DNA from: Monocercomonoides exilis PA203
Taxonomy: Eukaryota; Protista; Preaxostyla
Length of the DNA: 64,000 bases
Direction: 5' to 3'
NCBI GenBank assembly: GCA_001643675.2
Contig: LSRY02000013.1
Span: 1,736,001 to 1,800,000, forward strand
Shown: in pieces, positions 38,395-50,747 of the stretch
Layout of the letters: each line of letters starts with the position of its first letter
Position numbering within the stretch: position 1 is the stretch's first letter
Made by a program: the position numbers and the translations under genes
Notes under the pieces: model-generated
What the model was told of the DNA's origin: nothing
Database searches by the model: none
What the model saw: the letters and a program-made list of their open reading frames with translations, nothing else

Positions 38395-39252
38395 TTCGTA
38401 TTCATCTCTTTCGTCTTCTTCTTCCTCTTTTTCTTCTTCTTCCTCTTCCTCTTCTTCGTATTCGTCATTGTCATCATCTTCTTCTCCATGTTCTCCATCT
38501 TCTCCGTCTTCTTCTTCTTCTTCTTCTCCTTCTCCTTCTCCTTCTCCTTCTTTCTCTCTCCCTTTTCTTCCTCCTCCTCTCCCTCCTCCTCTCCTCAATC
38601 TTCTCTTGTCCATTCTTCTTCCCTCTCTTCTCTTGGACTTGTTAGACTCAGCATTCATCGCCGGCCAAGCAATCGCTCCATTCAAAGATAGAACCTTTCT
38701 CGCACTTCTTCTCCTCTTTCTCGCTCTCCTCTTGCTTCTTCCTCTTCTTCTTCCTCTTCTTCTTCCTCTTCCTCTTCCTCTTCCTCTTCCTCTTCCTCTT
38801 CCTCTTCCTCTTCCTCTTCCTCTTCCTCTTCCTCTTCCTCTTCCTCTTCCTCTTCCTCTTCCTCTTCCTCTTCCTCTTCTTCATCGTCTTCCTCTTCCTT
38901 ATCAATTTCATCAACATCTTCTTCTTCTTCTTCTGTTACTTTGCCTTCTAATTACTTGCAGAATTCTCCACAAGATTCTAACACATCTCGTTCTTCTTCC
39001 TTTTCATCGTCATCATCATCATCATCTTCTTCTTCTTCTTCTTCTTCTCAAAACTCATCTCACAAAAGCTCAAAGCTCCCAACTGTCTCTCAGCTGCTTT
39101 CTCCAAAGAATTCTTCTTCTTCTTCTCCTCCTCCTCCTCTTCTTCTTCTTCTTCTCCTCCTCCTCCTCCTCCTCTTCTTCTTCTTCTTCTTCTCCTCCTC
39201 CTCCTCCTCCTCCTCTTCTTCTTCTTCTTCTTCTTCTTCTCCTCCTCCTCCT

Positions 39253-39280
<28 letters not shown>
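38395..39280. repeat. ~0.9-kb pyrimidine microsatellite block: (CTT)n, (CTTCCT)n ~38750-38880, (CCT)n
   Basis: Directly visible. Confidence 0.9.
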
Positions 39281-39283
<3 letters not shown>

Positions 39284-40450
39284 TCTCATTTCATTTTTCC
39301 TTTCTTTATTAAATTCTCTTGAAACATTCATCAAAAATGCCAAGCTGTCAAAGGCAATATCGTCCATCAACGTTGGACTCTGAATTCCCTCCAAGTTGAT
39401 ATCTGTGACGCCGCTCTCCAACAAGTCTTCAATTTCCACGAATTTGCTGCCCCTTGCTCCTCCAAATATACAAATGCAAAAGTTGTATATTTCAATTTGA
39501 TAAGCCTTTGAGGCTTGAAAAATCTTAACAACGAGGCTAATCAGGCCAACTTGTTCTTTATCCTGTAACTCACAGAATAAAAAGAATAATTTCAGCGTTA
39601 CGAGCCATCTCAATAAATGAATCATTTCTTCCGTTACTTTTCCTTTTTCATTCTCTTCTTTGATTCTCTTCCAATCAATGGATTTTGTCAGCTCTTCCAT
39701 TTCTCTTCTTGCCTCCTTCGCAAAGTGTAATTCATTCACAATGATATTAAGCAAGCTTGTCTCGTGTTTATATATGTTCGTTGATAGCCTCCATACCGAT
39801 TGATACGCGAGTCGAGTCAGATTGCGATGCTCTTGATGGTGTTGAATGATCTCTTTGGTTTCATCCAAAAAAAATTCTTTATCCATTTTCTAACATAAAA
39901 AGAAGAAGAAAAATTATTAATGTGAAAAAGCAAAGACACGGTCATACATTTCCTTCACGCAAGCAACTCAAAGCCAGCAAAGCCATTTCCACTTCTTTTT
40001 GCGTTGTCTCATCTTCCTCTTTCTTCAATGCAACTTTCAAAAGGCAAGGCACGCAAATGGAAAGCAATTTCTCTCTTGAGATATAATAATTGAAAAGCAT
40101 TGCATAACATTCACAAAGATCAACAAGAAGCTTTTCACCATTTTATTCTTTTTTCTTCTTATTTTCACCAACAATCATCTCCTTTAATCTTCTGCACAGC
40201 AAAGAATTATGAAAGTTAAAACTCTGCAAATTCAAACGAATTTTGTTATTTCCAATACACTTCATCAGTAAAATAACATTTTCCATTGCCATTTTCTTCT
40301 CTTCAATCATTTCGTAAATTTTGTTGAACAGTTCTTCCGTCAAAACAGAATCTAGTTCTTTCTCATCCATTTCTTCCAATAATTGATTCATAATTTCAAT
40401 TTTTTGTTTCTGTTCGTCAGCTTGAAAACATTCCAATTTGCAAAAAAGTC
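39281..40450 (-). pseudogene. EIIKYHQEH-family copy C, pseudogene
   Basis: In-frame TAA at 40143-40145, after which the frame continues NGEKLLVDLCECY..KEVEMALLALS. Intron 39890-39947 is conserved. The C-terminal FEKxEEEG block is replaced by a microsatellite. Confidence 0.8.
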
Positions 40451-40814
40451 CTTCATGAACATCGGCAATAAAATTTATTACATTTTTAAATCATCCAAAA
40501 ATGAAATTTTATCCAAACTTCTAAAAATTTCCATCAAAGATGATTTCTCCGAACAAACGTCAACGTTCCTTAGTAATTTTTGTTTTTGCGAATAAAAGAT
40601 TCAAGTTCAAATTTTCTGGGAAAAATAAATGAAATCGTTGTTTCTTTTCAATTTTCTTTTCTTTAAAAATAAAAAATAAATTTCTTCTGGTACTTAACAA
40701 CTTTAAATGCGCTAGTTACAAAAGTTAGCAATAAAGCTTTGAATGGATGCAGAAAGCAGAAAAATTAACTTTTCAAAATTTCTGATCTTTCCCAAAAAAA
40801 GTTAATAAATATTT

Positions 40815-41069
40815 GGGTGATTATTTTTGAAATCATAACTTTTTTCATGTTGCAGATTTATCAAAATTTGCTTGTCATTGAAAAGAGCTTTTGAATTAAA
40901 ATGCTTTATTTATCACAACTGTTTTGAGATAAAGTAAATCAGCTGAAATCAATATTCAAATGTCTTTATTTAGCCTTTTCACTCTTCAGTGATCATGAAT
41001 TTATGTTCAAAGGAAACACATGAACCGAAAAATTTGAATGAAAAAATTTGATTTCAAAAATAATCACCC
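40815..41069. mobile_element. 255-bp MITE with TIR GGGTGATTATTTTTGAAATCA and 4-bp TSD ATTT
   Basis: Perfect 21-bp terminal inverted repeat. ATTT at 40811-40814 and 41070-41073. Confidence 0.8.
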
Positions 41070-41252
41070 ATTTCAATTCAACTTCAAAAATATTGGATGT
41101 TGTGGTAAATAATCGCATATTGTTTCAAACAAATAATGGCAAATGGAAGAACAATGTTATTTATTAATGGTTAATGTTTTGAGAGTGATATTATTTTTTC
41201 AAATTATTTATCGCTATCATAATTTCAAACTTTTTGAAATATGATGCAATGT

Positions 41253-41509
41253 GTGTGATGATTTTTGAAATCACATTTTTTCATTCAAAAATTCTGGTCC
41301 AAGATTTTTAATTGAATATTAACTAAAAAACACTGAGAAGTGAAAATACAAATAAATAATATTTTCATCTTCATTTCAGTTCAAACATTTGCTTTTGAAA
41401 TTGTTTTCATGAATTTTTATCAATAAAATACTAAATCTCTATTCAATGACAAACAACCTTTGAAAAATCAACACCACGAAAAAAGTTATGATTTCAATTA
41501 TAATCACCC
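41253..41509. mobile_element. 257-bp MITE of the same family, opposite orientation, 4-bp TSD ATGT
   Basis: Its reverse complement aligns along its length with 40815-41069. ATGT at 41249-41252 and 41510-41513. Confidence 0.8.
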
Positions 41510-42342
41510 ATGTCCGAAAAAGTCAAAAAAAAAAAAAATAAAACAAAATAAAATAAATAATTTAAAAAAATTAAAAAAGATTATTAAAGATTATAAAAGA
41601 TTATTAAATAAATTGAATTAAATTAATAAATTAATAAATTAATAAATTAATAAATTAATTTTAAAATTAAAAAACAACAATAAAAAAGTGAAAATTGTAA
41701 GTGTTAATAACTGAGGACACATTTAATATTTGTGGACATAGGCATGATCTCAACAACTGTTGGTCGTTGCAACTTGACGATTAATTTAGTGATTCCCTCA
41801 AATTATATTAACATATAAAAATTGTTTTCATCATTCATTAAACATATGGAAATTTTTTTCAAATATGTTTTTTCGGAATGACAAGACACTCCAAATTACT
41901 CCGAAAAGATTAATTGTTTTTTCCAATATTTTGAAGCATGTTTTCTCATTCACATATTTCACGTGAGTTTGCTCACGAAAATGAAATAGTTTGCCTTTCG
42001 ATCGAAATTCAACAATCAACAATTGTTGAAATTGCACCACCACCAACAGATATTTTTAGTTTCTTCCATTATTCATACGAACCAAAAGGCAATAAAAATT
42101 GAATTCACACTTTTTGAAGAGTGCTGATGAATAAGAATTTTTTGCTTGACAAAACAAGTTTTTCATTCAAACTTCTCATGTGTTACATAAACCATAAAAA
42201 CAAATGTTTGAAGTAAAAGAAAAACAAGAATGTTTTATATTTGAATGATAACTTTCAATGTTTGAAATCAAATTTACTAATGAAATATTCAAAAAAAAAT
42301 ATATCTGATAGAAAAACATGATTTCAAAAAAAAAAAAGAAAG

Positions 42343-42402
<60 letters not shown>

Positions 42403-43693
42403 AATTTAATTTGAACTTTTGAAATAGAAGCTTGATAAGATTAATTAACGAATTTCCATCTGGACAAGTTTTGATGCACTTGCACCTCCTCAATTCCGAA
42501 TAAACCTTATTCATTATATCCTGAAATTCGAAAATATCATTTTAATCACAGATATATTATTTAAGCTCTTATTCTTTAAAGTCACTTTCTTCTCATTCAG
42601 AAACATCCGTTTTTCTGTATTTATTTGAAAAGTTCCTTTTGTTTAAATTTCAGGTGAATATGAAAATTTCATATCTTAATCAAATTTCTTTTCCCACAAC
42701 GAAATTCCAGGAAAATACAAATAATCACATTGAAAAGTTATTATTTTTTTCCTGGTGAAATTTTGTTTATTGGAATGAATATTTATTGAAAGAATTCTAT
42801 TTTCATTCACGCATGAAAATAAAACAAATGGAACCTATAAAAAAATTTTTTTTTGACATATAAGACAAAATATACCACTTCAAACATTTTCATTGGTTAA
42901 ATACACACCTTTGAAGAACTATTTGTAATCAAAAAATGCAACAAAAGCAGGATCGTTTGTTGACATTCGTGGAATGTTTGAAAATTTTTTTACATAACAT
43001 CGATAAGGTTTGTTTGCAGAATTGAAAATCCATTTTATTGCGAAATATGAGAATGTGCAGTTTGGATATGAATCAATCAAAAATTTGACTATTCGTGAAT
43101 AAAAAGCTAGAAAGTCATTAGTTTTTAACCATACGTTCTGGATAAGTCTGAAAACAATAACTTTTTCTTTGTCACACCTGATGACTGCAACACAACAAGC
43201 ATAAAAACAAAACAAAATGAAAAAAATATCATTTTTCTCAAAACTTTTAAAAAAAATTGTTTTTTTTTCTCAGAAAAAATTTGATTAACAATTTGAGTTT
43301 TTCTTTTAAATATTGTGTTGTGCTTTTATGCTTTTATTTGAATTCAGCTAAATTGTGATTTATCATAAAATTTGAATCCCATTTTTTTTTCAAACTTATA
43401 ATAAACTCTCAACAGCTTGTTGATTCACCTTTTAGACAAATATTCGATTGCAATCACATTTTTATATCGAACACACTTAAATTTTAAATTTCATGGTGTT
43501 TTCAACATTTCTTGGATTGTTTGCATGAAATTTGATTTTTTGTTTCATGAACACAAAAAAACATATTTTTTCCTCAGAAATCAGAATCTGCAAAAGATTT
43601 CTATAATCTAACTTCATTGCATTCAATGAAAATAAATTAAAAACAAAATACAATAAAGATTTGAGGATAGCTATATCCTCTGATTAAAAAATG

Positions 43694-43744
<51 letters not shown>

Positions 43745-44022
43745 CGTTGAAAAATAATTGAATAACGTCATGAAATGAAACAAAAATAATAAAACTGTAA
43801 TTATTCATTGAATCATTTTTTTTGACAAATTTTCACATGTCATTCAATTAGTTTTTTTTTTCGTTATTGGATAAGAATTAAATAAATATTCTTAATAAAT
43901 ATTTGTTTCTATTCACTTCAAATTTTCAACAAAAAAAACACCCATATTTAATTCGCTTATTTTTTATTTGTATTTTTTTAGAAGAATAACCCAAAAGAAA
44001 GAGTTTGCAGCAGTCCCACTGC

Positions 44023-47000
44023 ATGGAAAAAAATATTTCTTCTGAAAATGAAATTAGTAGCTCCTCCTTATCTGAAATTCTTAAAAGTATTTCACCATAT
44101 GACTCGCAAAGACTGAGAGAAATTTGCCAGAAAATTGTGGTGGCACATGGTTTTAGGGTATTGCGCAACTGCTCTGTTTTTTTATTATTTGTTCGCATTT
44201 TGAAAAGGACGTTGAATTTAAAGGTTGGTTTTTGTTTTTGAACTGAAAAATGATGCCATTGTGAATTTTTTGGGAGCAGGTCAGGGCCAATTCGGATGGT
44301 GTGCAATAATTGAAAACCTTGAATTTGTGTTGATGTTTTCTATTTTCTATTTTTTAAAAACAGCGTATTCAAGGCGAAAGACCCAGATGGCGTTATCAGA
44401 GCGGTGAAAGTTGCACACGGAACCGAATCAACAAAGGAATACAACAGCGCAGTATCGTTGCTGAGGTATTGTGTTTATTTTAAGTGTTGTTTTGCGAAGC
44501 GTGTGAATTGGACGAAGTTTTTCTCATTCAAATCTTTTGCATTATATCTCTGCGTTTCGGGAGGAGGCATATGTTGTTGTGACGATGGACTATTATGAAG
44601 GGCCGGTTTGTGTGTTTTTATGTTTTTGATGATTTTTTTTTTTTGAAAAATTTATCTTAATTTTGTTGTCTTGCAGACTCTTGGGGAGTATTTAAATGAA
44701 CACCCTGGCAAGCCTGACATTGGTTTCACTCGTCACGTGATGAAGTCAATCTGTACGTGTTTTTTTTATCCATTCAATTTTCAAGTTATTTCATCATAAT
44801 TGTTTGTAACGACATATTTTAAGTGTGTGGGCTGAAGTATCTTCATGGGATGTACAAAATTCATAGGTATTTAATTAGTTTTTCTATTTGTTTGCTTAAT
44901 TCATTTCTCCAAATAATTTTGATCCCCCCACCCCCAAATGATTCTCCAACTTTTCTTTCCCCTTTGGAAACACTGCCTGTTTTTCCATCCAATCGCCTTC
45001 ATTTGTGTTTGTCTGTGTCTTCTCCTCTGAACGAAGGGACATCAAGCCAGACAACATCATGCTGGGCAGTCGCACATCTCCCAGTGAGAAATACGCGTCT
45101 GTGCATTTGATCGACTTTGGGTTTTGCCGGACAGTTCGGCCAGACGAAGACCGCTTCAGCCAGTTGGCGATGACAAGAGTCGGGTTTGAGTGAGAAGCAG
45201 AAAGGAAGGAATGAGTGAGGAAGTGATTGGTTTTATGAGAGAGTATTGAAAAAAATAGAAAGAAGAAGAATCAGGTCATTTGAATTGTGATGAATGATGA
45301 ATGAGAAATTTTGATTTGCTTAAAAAAAACAAACAAACACATTTTACATATTTTCCTTTTTTCAATTATTCAAAAAATTTTATTTTATTTTATTTTTTTG
45401 ACGAACTTTTTCAGCACTCCATTGTATCAAGCGCCTGAGCAGCTGTACAACAAGCCTTTCTACACCTGCGCTGTGGATATCTGGGCAGCAGGAGTAGTGT
45501 TCTTTCGGCTTCTGAGCGGGTACGAGCTGTTTGGTGGAGTGAGTTCAACAGGAGAGATGATAGAAATCATCCAGCAGAAGAACTTTCCCCCTGTTGGCAG
45601 TGACTTCGATGCAAACGCTGCGGATCTGCTGAGGTGGATGCTTGTGGTCAGCCCAGAAGATCGCATCACTGCAAAAAATGCCCTCCACCACAGGTTCTTC
45701 AAGACACACGAAGATGGCGATGAGGGCAAAGATGCGTTTTCTCCTTCTTCTTCTTCATCATCATCATCATCATCATCATCATCTTCTTCTTCTTCTTCTT
45801 CCAACAGAACACTTAACATACCTCATGCTCTTTTTCTTCAACAGGGTTTGGGCTATCCCTTTGATGCCAGAGGCAGACAACAGCCACATGCCCTTCAGCC
45901 AACTGCACCAAAAGCGAAGGCAAAAGCAACACCAAAACTGAAATTGCCGAAAGGGCTGACTTTTCCAGTTAGTGTTCAAGCGAACAGAACTCATCCGCAC
46001 AGCCAGAATGAACAAAGAAGCAGAAGAAACGAGAGAGAGGAGAAAGAAAGTGTTCCGTTTGAAAACGAGACAATTCTGCAGGCAGCTCAAAGGAACAGCA
46101 GAGATGCGAGAGAAAGAGCAAACAGGACAGTTCGTCCCATAATTCCACTTCAGAGTTCGCTTCCTGTTTCCGAAAGCCAAACCAGACAGCACAACCAAAT
46201 TGAACTGTCAGCACAATCAGCAGAGCAATCTCCATCACAGACACACGGCCAGGGCTTAACGAGCTTCTCAAACAAATCCCCATTCAAATCTTCAACATCA
46301 TCACCTTTGCCTTCTTTTTCCTCTTCTTCTCCTTCTTCCTCCTCTTTCGTTGCCAATCCTGCTTCTTCTTCTTCTTCGTCTTCTCCCAGTGCCTCCAATG
46401 TGAATCACACCTCAAATGCTCCGTCTCCTCTGTTTAATCCGCTTGCCCTGTATTCTCTCCCATCGAATGTGGACCTTCCTTTCACCCCGCCTGCACCGTC
46501 ACAGTGCCTCCTTTCTGTGGTGCGGCTGTGTTTCTGCCTCTCATCCTTCTTCCACAGGCATCGCGATGTACTTTCGCTCATCTCCTTTGTCTTCTCTTTT
46601 CCTCCTGCTTTCTTTTCTGAGGAATTCCAGCATCTCTCCAATTTCCGTCTGGATGAAGATGATTCGACATTTTCTTCTTCCTCTTCTTCTTCTTCCTCTT
46701 CTTCTTCTTCCTCTTCTTCTGTTGAATTTGCTCCTCAGACTCAGTTTATAAATGCATCTTCTTCTCCTTATGTGTCACCATCATCATCGTCACCGTCATC
46801 ATCTTCTTCTTCGGTATCTTCATCTTCATCTAAATCATTTTTTGGCAAATTGTGGAAATCCATATCATCGTTCTCGTCGTTTTCGTCTTCCTCTTCCTCT
46901 TCCTCTTATTCTTCTTCGTCCTCATCGCCTTCGAATGTGTTTTCCTCAGGAAAGTACCATTTTTCGGCACAGACACGTTTTCTGCTGCTGACCCTTCACA

Positions 47001-48823
47001 CACTCTTCCGCGACACACTCACGGCACTTCGCTCTCAACAGCCACTCTTCTCAAAACAGCACATGAGCTCTTCATTTCTTTCTTCATCTCATTCTTCCAT
47101 TCAGCAAATCCAACCAATCCATCCAATCCGTCCAATCCAACAAAAAGAATTGGTATATCCTGCTGCTGACACACAGATTGGCAGCTTCAACAACCAGCTC
47201 ACACAATCGCTGATCGCATTTGACATGCTGATTGACGGTGACTCAGAGACAGAAACACAAACAGTCATTGACACTCAAGCGCTGACAGCAAAGAAAATCG
47301 GCTGGGGCAAAGGATCAGGCGAAAAGAGGGGCAGAAAAGAGGGAGAAGAGGAAGATGGAGGGGATTGTGTGGGTGTTGATGACGAGCAGCAGGAAGCACA
47401 GATTCAACAAGAAGTTCATTTTTTCCAGCCACTCTCTTCGTATTTTGGAGGGAAACAATCGAATTCTGGAGATGAAAAAGGTGAGCATAGCTTTTCTAAT
47501 TCATCATCATCATCATCTTTTTCTTCTTCTCATCCTCTTTATCCAATGCAAACACTTCAGCCAACTTCACCACATCACAACTTGCACAATCCTCATTCAC
47601 ATTCATCCTCACCCACTTCAGCGTCATCTCAAGCAAATGCTTCAACTTCATCTTCTGTGTGTCGGCAGTGTTTGAGCTCTGTTGACAAAGTTTGGCGTGG
47701 AGAAGTGCTTCTTTTGCATTTGGGGCTGAAATTGTCGCCAGTGTGGTTTTGGGAGGCAGTGGAGGAGGAGGAAGGAAAGATGGAACACAAACAGATTGTG
47801 AATGAGCGGAAAAGGAGCGAAGAAAGAAAGAAGAAGAAGGAGAAGGAGGATTCTCGGCAGCAACAGGAGCAAACTACTTCGAGTGTTTCTTCCACTGTTT
47901 CAGATGCAACAGTCTTTGAATCGAATGAGGCTTACGAATGTGAAATTGAATTGGAAGAGCAGAGAGAAAGAAGAGTGAAGGAAGTTGTGTGGCATTCTGC
48001 TGATCAGCTGGGATGTCTGCTGTTTCAGTTGGAGAAAGCACATCCAATGCTGAAGCACAACACAGACGATGAAATTGCATCAGAAACAAAAGCAGGTTCT
48101 GAGTATGCGGTCGGAGGAGAATATGCGTTTGACATACCTTTGAAAGCAGAAGAAAGTGAAAGGAGGCGGTTGATGTGCCTGATGGATGCGTTCTTTGTGT
48201 TTGTGCTTCTTTCGTATCTTCCTGAAGAGCACACATTGAAACCCGCACATCAACAGTCTCTACTTCCTGCTGCATCGCCTGTTGTTTCTCAATGCGCTCA
48301 AAATGTTCAATATGCACAGTATACTCAATCTGAACACTCAGAAAAGCTGCCTCATGCAACAAACTCACATCAGCAACCGAATCTGTCGTTTGTCGCATGT
48401 GCTCTGCCAGAATTTAGCTATGATGCAGATGAGAACGGAGAAGTGCTGTCGGAGGAGTGGAATATGGATCAGAAGAAGCGGATTAAGAAGCTGACTGAAG
48501 AGAGGGAAGAGAGGAAGAAGAGAGATGTCTTGCGGAAACGAATGGGGTTTGGGTTGGGAAATGGAGAGAGCAGAGGGGGAAGCAAAGGAGGAATGTTGAC
48601 AGGGGCAGCAGCGAAGAAAGAGAGGGCAGAAGAAAGAGAAAGAGCAGAAAGGAAGGAGCAGTGTGTGTTTGAGGATGCTCCGCCACAGCCGAAGCAGAAC
48701 GTATTTGTATTTGACATGAAGAAAAAGCGGATGATGAAATGTGCCATGGAAACATATTGTTTGTTTGCGTCAATGAAAGAAAAATTGAATTCGAAGTCGT
48801 CTCACGAACACGATATAATATGA
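44023..48823 (+). CDS. Ser/Thr protein kinase (CAMK/ULK-like catalytic domain) with a long Ser-rich C-terminal region; 9 exons
   Basis: Exons 44023-44157, 44208-44223, 44280-44298, 44364-44465, 44518-44605, 44677-44752, 44824-44866, 45037-45182, 45415-48823 splice in frame to give GQGQFGCV, AVK, HSNLL, HRDIKPDN, DFG, GTPLYQAPE, DIWAAG and RITAKNALHHRF. Confidence 0.9.
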
Positions 48824-49284
48824 TACTTTGACAGCTTTTCGTGCTTTCTTTTTGAGTTTTCATTGAAAATGGAAAGCGAATAAAAATGTTTGCTTTCGGA
48901 AAAGAGAATATCCTTGCATATCCCGATGTTTGAGGCAATGTGGTCGGCCAGATGTGCGTATCAAGATGTTCTTTTTGGAGATTATTTTTATATCCTTTAT
49001 TTATTTAATTTTTTATTTTTTATTTTATTAATTTTTTTTCAACGATTGACAGCGTCAAACATAAAAGGACCAATGAAAAAAATAAATGGAAAAATATGAA
49101 TGTCTATCCAATTTTAAAAAATTTCTTGCAATTTGATGTGTGAATTGATATGAAAAGAAGAAAAAGAACAATTTTTGTGCGTCAAAAAAAAAGAAAAAGA
49201 AAAAGAAAAAAAAGAAAAAAAAAGAAAAAGAAAAAGAAAAAGAAAGAAAAAAATAGAAAAGAAAAAGAAATAACTCTCACTTCC

Positions 49285-50747
49285 TCAGACATTCAAAAAA
49301 TAATCAGAAATATTCAACTCCAATTCATAGAAATATTTACTATTAATAAAAATCAATATTTCATGAAAGCTTGTGATGACATCTTCGAATCCTTCTTCTT
49401 CCATCTTGTCGAATATTCTTCTCTTTATATTCTTCCTTTCTTCGTAATCCTTTCTTATAACCTCATTATCTCTCACAGCAATTGAAAGCTTCGAAAAGAA
49501 TTCCAAAAAGCAATATAAATTGCAGTCTTTCAACGTTTGATCGTGAATCTCCTCCAAACAGTATTTAAAGGCCCCGCCTTTCAACAAATCATTGAAAATA
49601 AACCAAATTGACTGGAAAATTATCATTTTCACAAAAATGCCACAACATCGAAAGACAATATCACTGTGATTCTCCCTTGCTGCTCTGCACAATCTTGTCA
49701 TGCAACCAATCAAATCGGCAAATTCTTCATTATAAATCTCGAAACATTCAAAGAAATTGCTATATATGTCCAACCACCTATCAACATTCAAAAACTCTTT
49801 CGTTTTAAATCCTGCTTTTCCCCAAGTGTCTTCCTTTTCCATCCAATACAAGTGTTCTATAAGCTCTTCCAACTCTCTTGCTGCCTCCTTCACAAAATGC
49901 AGTTCATTCACAATCAGTTTTTTATAGCTTATATCATAAGAATTTTCTGTGATTAATAAATTCCAAGCAGATTGATATGCAAGATGTGTAAGATTGTGAT
50001 GCTTTCGATGATATTTGATAATTTCTGTAATCTTTTTCAAATTCTTCTTTTTTTTGATCTCCTATTTAAAAGTAATGAAGGAAAAATATTTAACTCCAAA
50101 AAGAAAAAATACGGTCATACAATTCCTTCACGCAAGCAAGTCAAAGCAAGCAATGCCATTTCCACTTCTTTTTGTGTAACCTCATCTTCCTCTTTCTTCA
50201 CTGCAACTTTCAAAAGGCAAGGCACACAAATGGAAAGCAATTCCTCTCTCGAGATATAATAATTGTGAAGCATTGTATAACATTCACAAAGATCAGCAAG
50301 AAGTTTTTCGTTCTTTTCTTTTTTTTTCTTTTGATCTTCTTCAATAATCATCTTCTCAAATCTTCTCCGTAACAATGAACTATGAAAGGCAGAATTCCAC
50401 AAGTTCAAAAGGACTTTGTAATATCCAACATGTTTCAGCAACACAATTGCATTTTCCATTGACAGTTTCTTTTCTTTAATCATTTTGCCCATCTTATCGA
50501 ACAGTTCTGTTGTGAAAGTGGATCTGATTTCATCCTCGTCCATTTCATCAATTATTTCATTCGTTTCCTGGATTTTCTGCTTCTGCGCATCTTTGTTGCA
50601 GCTTTCAAGTTCAGAAAATATTTCTGAAAAAAACAATTATCATTATAATCAGAAAATTCAAATGAATGTTTTCAAACCAGAAAACTTCTCTATTCTGGAC
50701 ATCTCCAGAATTGCCCCAGTGCGCTCATCAGCATTATATGAACTCAT
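49285..50747 (-). CDS. EIIKYHQEH-family protein, copy D, intact (exons 50747-50678, 50623-50121, 50061-49285)
   Basis: ATG at 50747 reads MSSYNADERTGAILEMSRIEKFS|EIFSELE. The phase-1 and phase-0 introns splice in frame. Family motifs present. Confidence 0.85.

Noticed and set aside
38282-39322. 346-aa and overlapping ORFs (LPLPLP, KRKRKR)
   Set aside because: Stop-free by construction, because they are microsatellite translations.
41700-41805. GC-richer island with short terminal complementarity (TGAGG..CCTCA), possible ncRNA
   Set aside because: No convincing C/D or H/ACA boxes and no stable stem.
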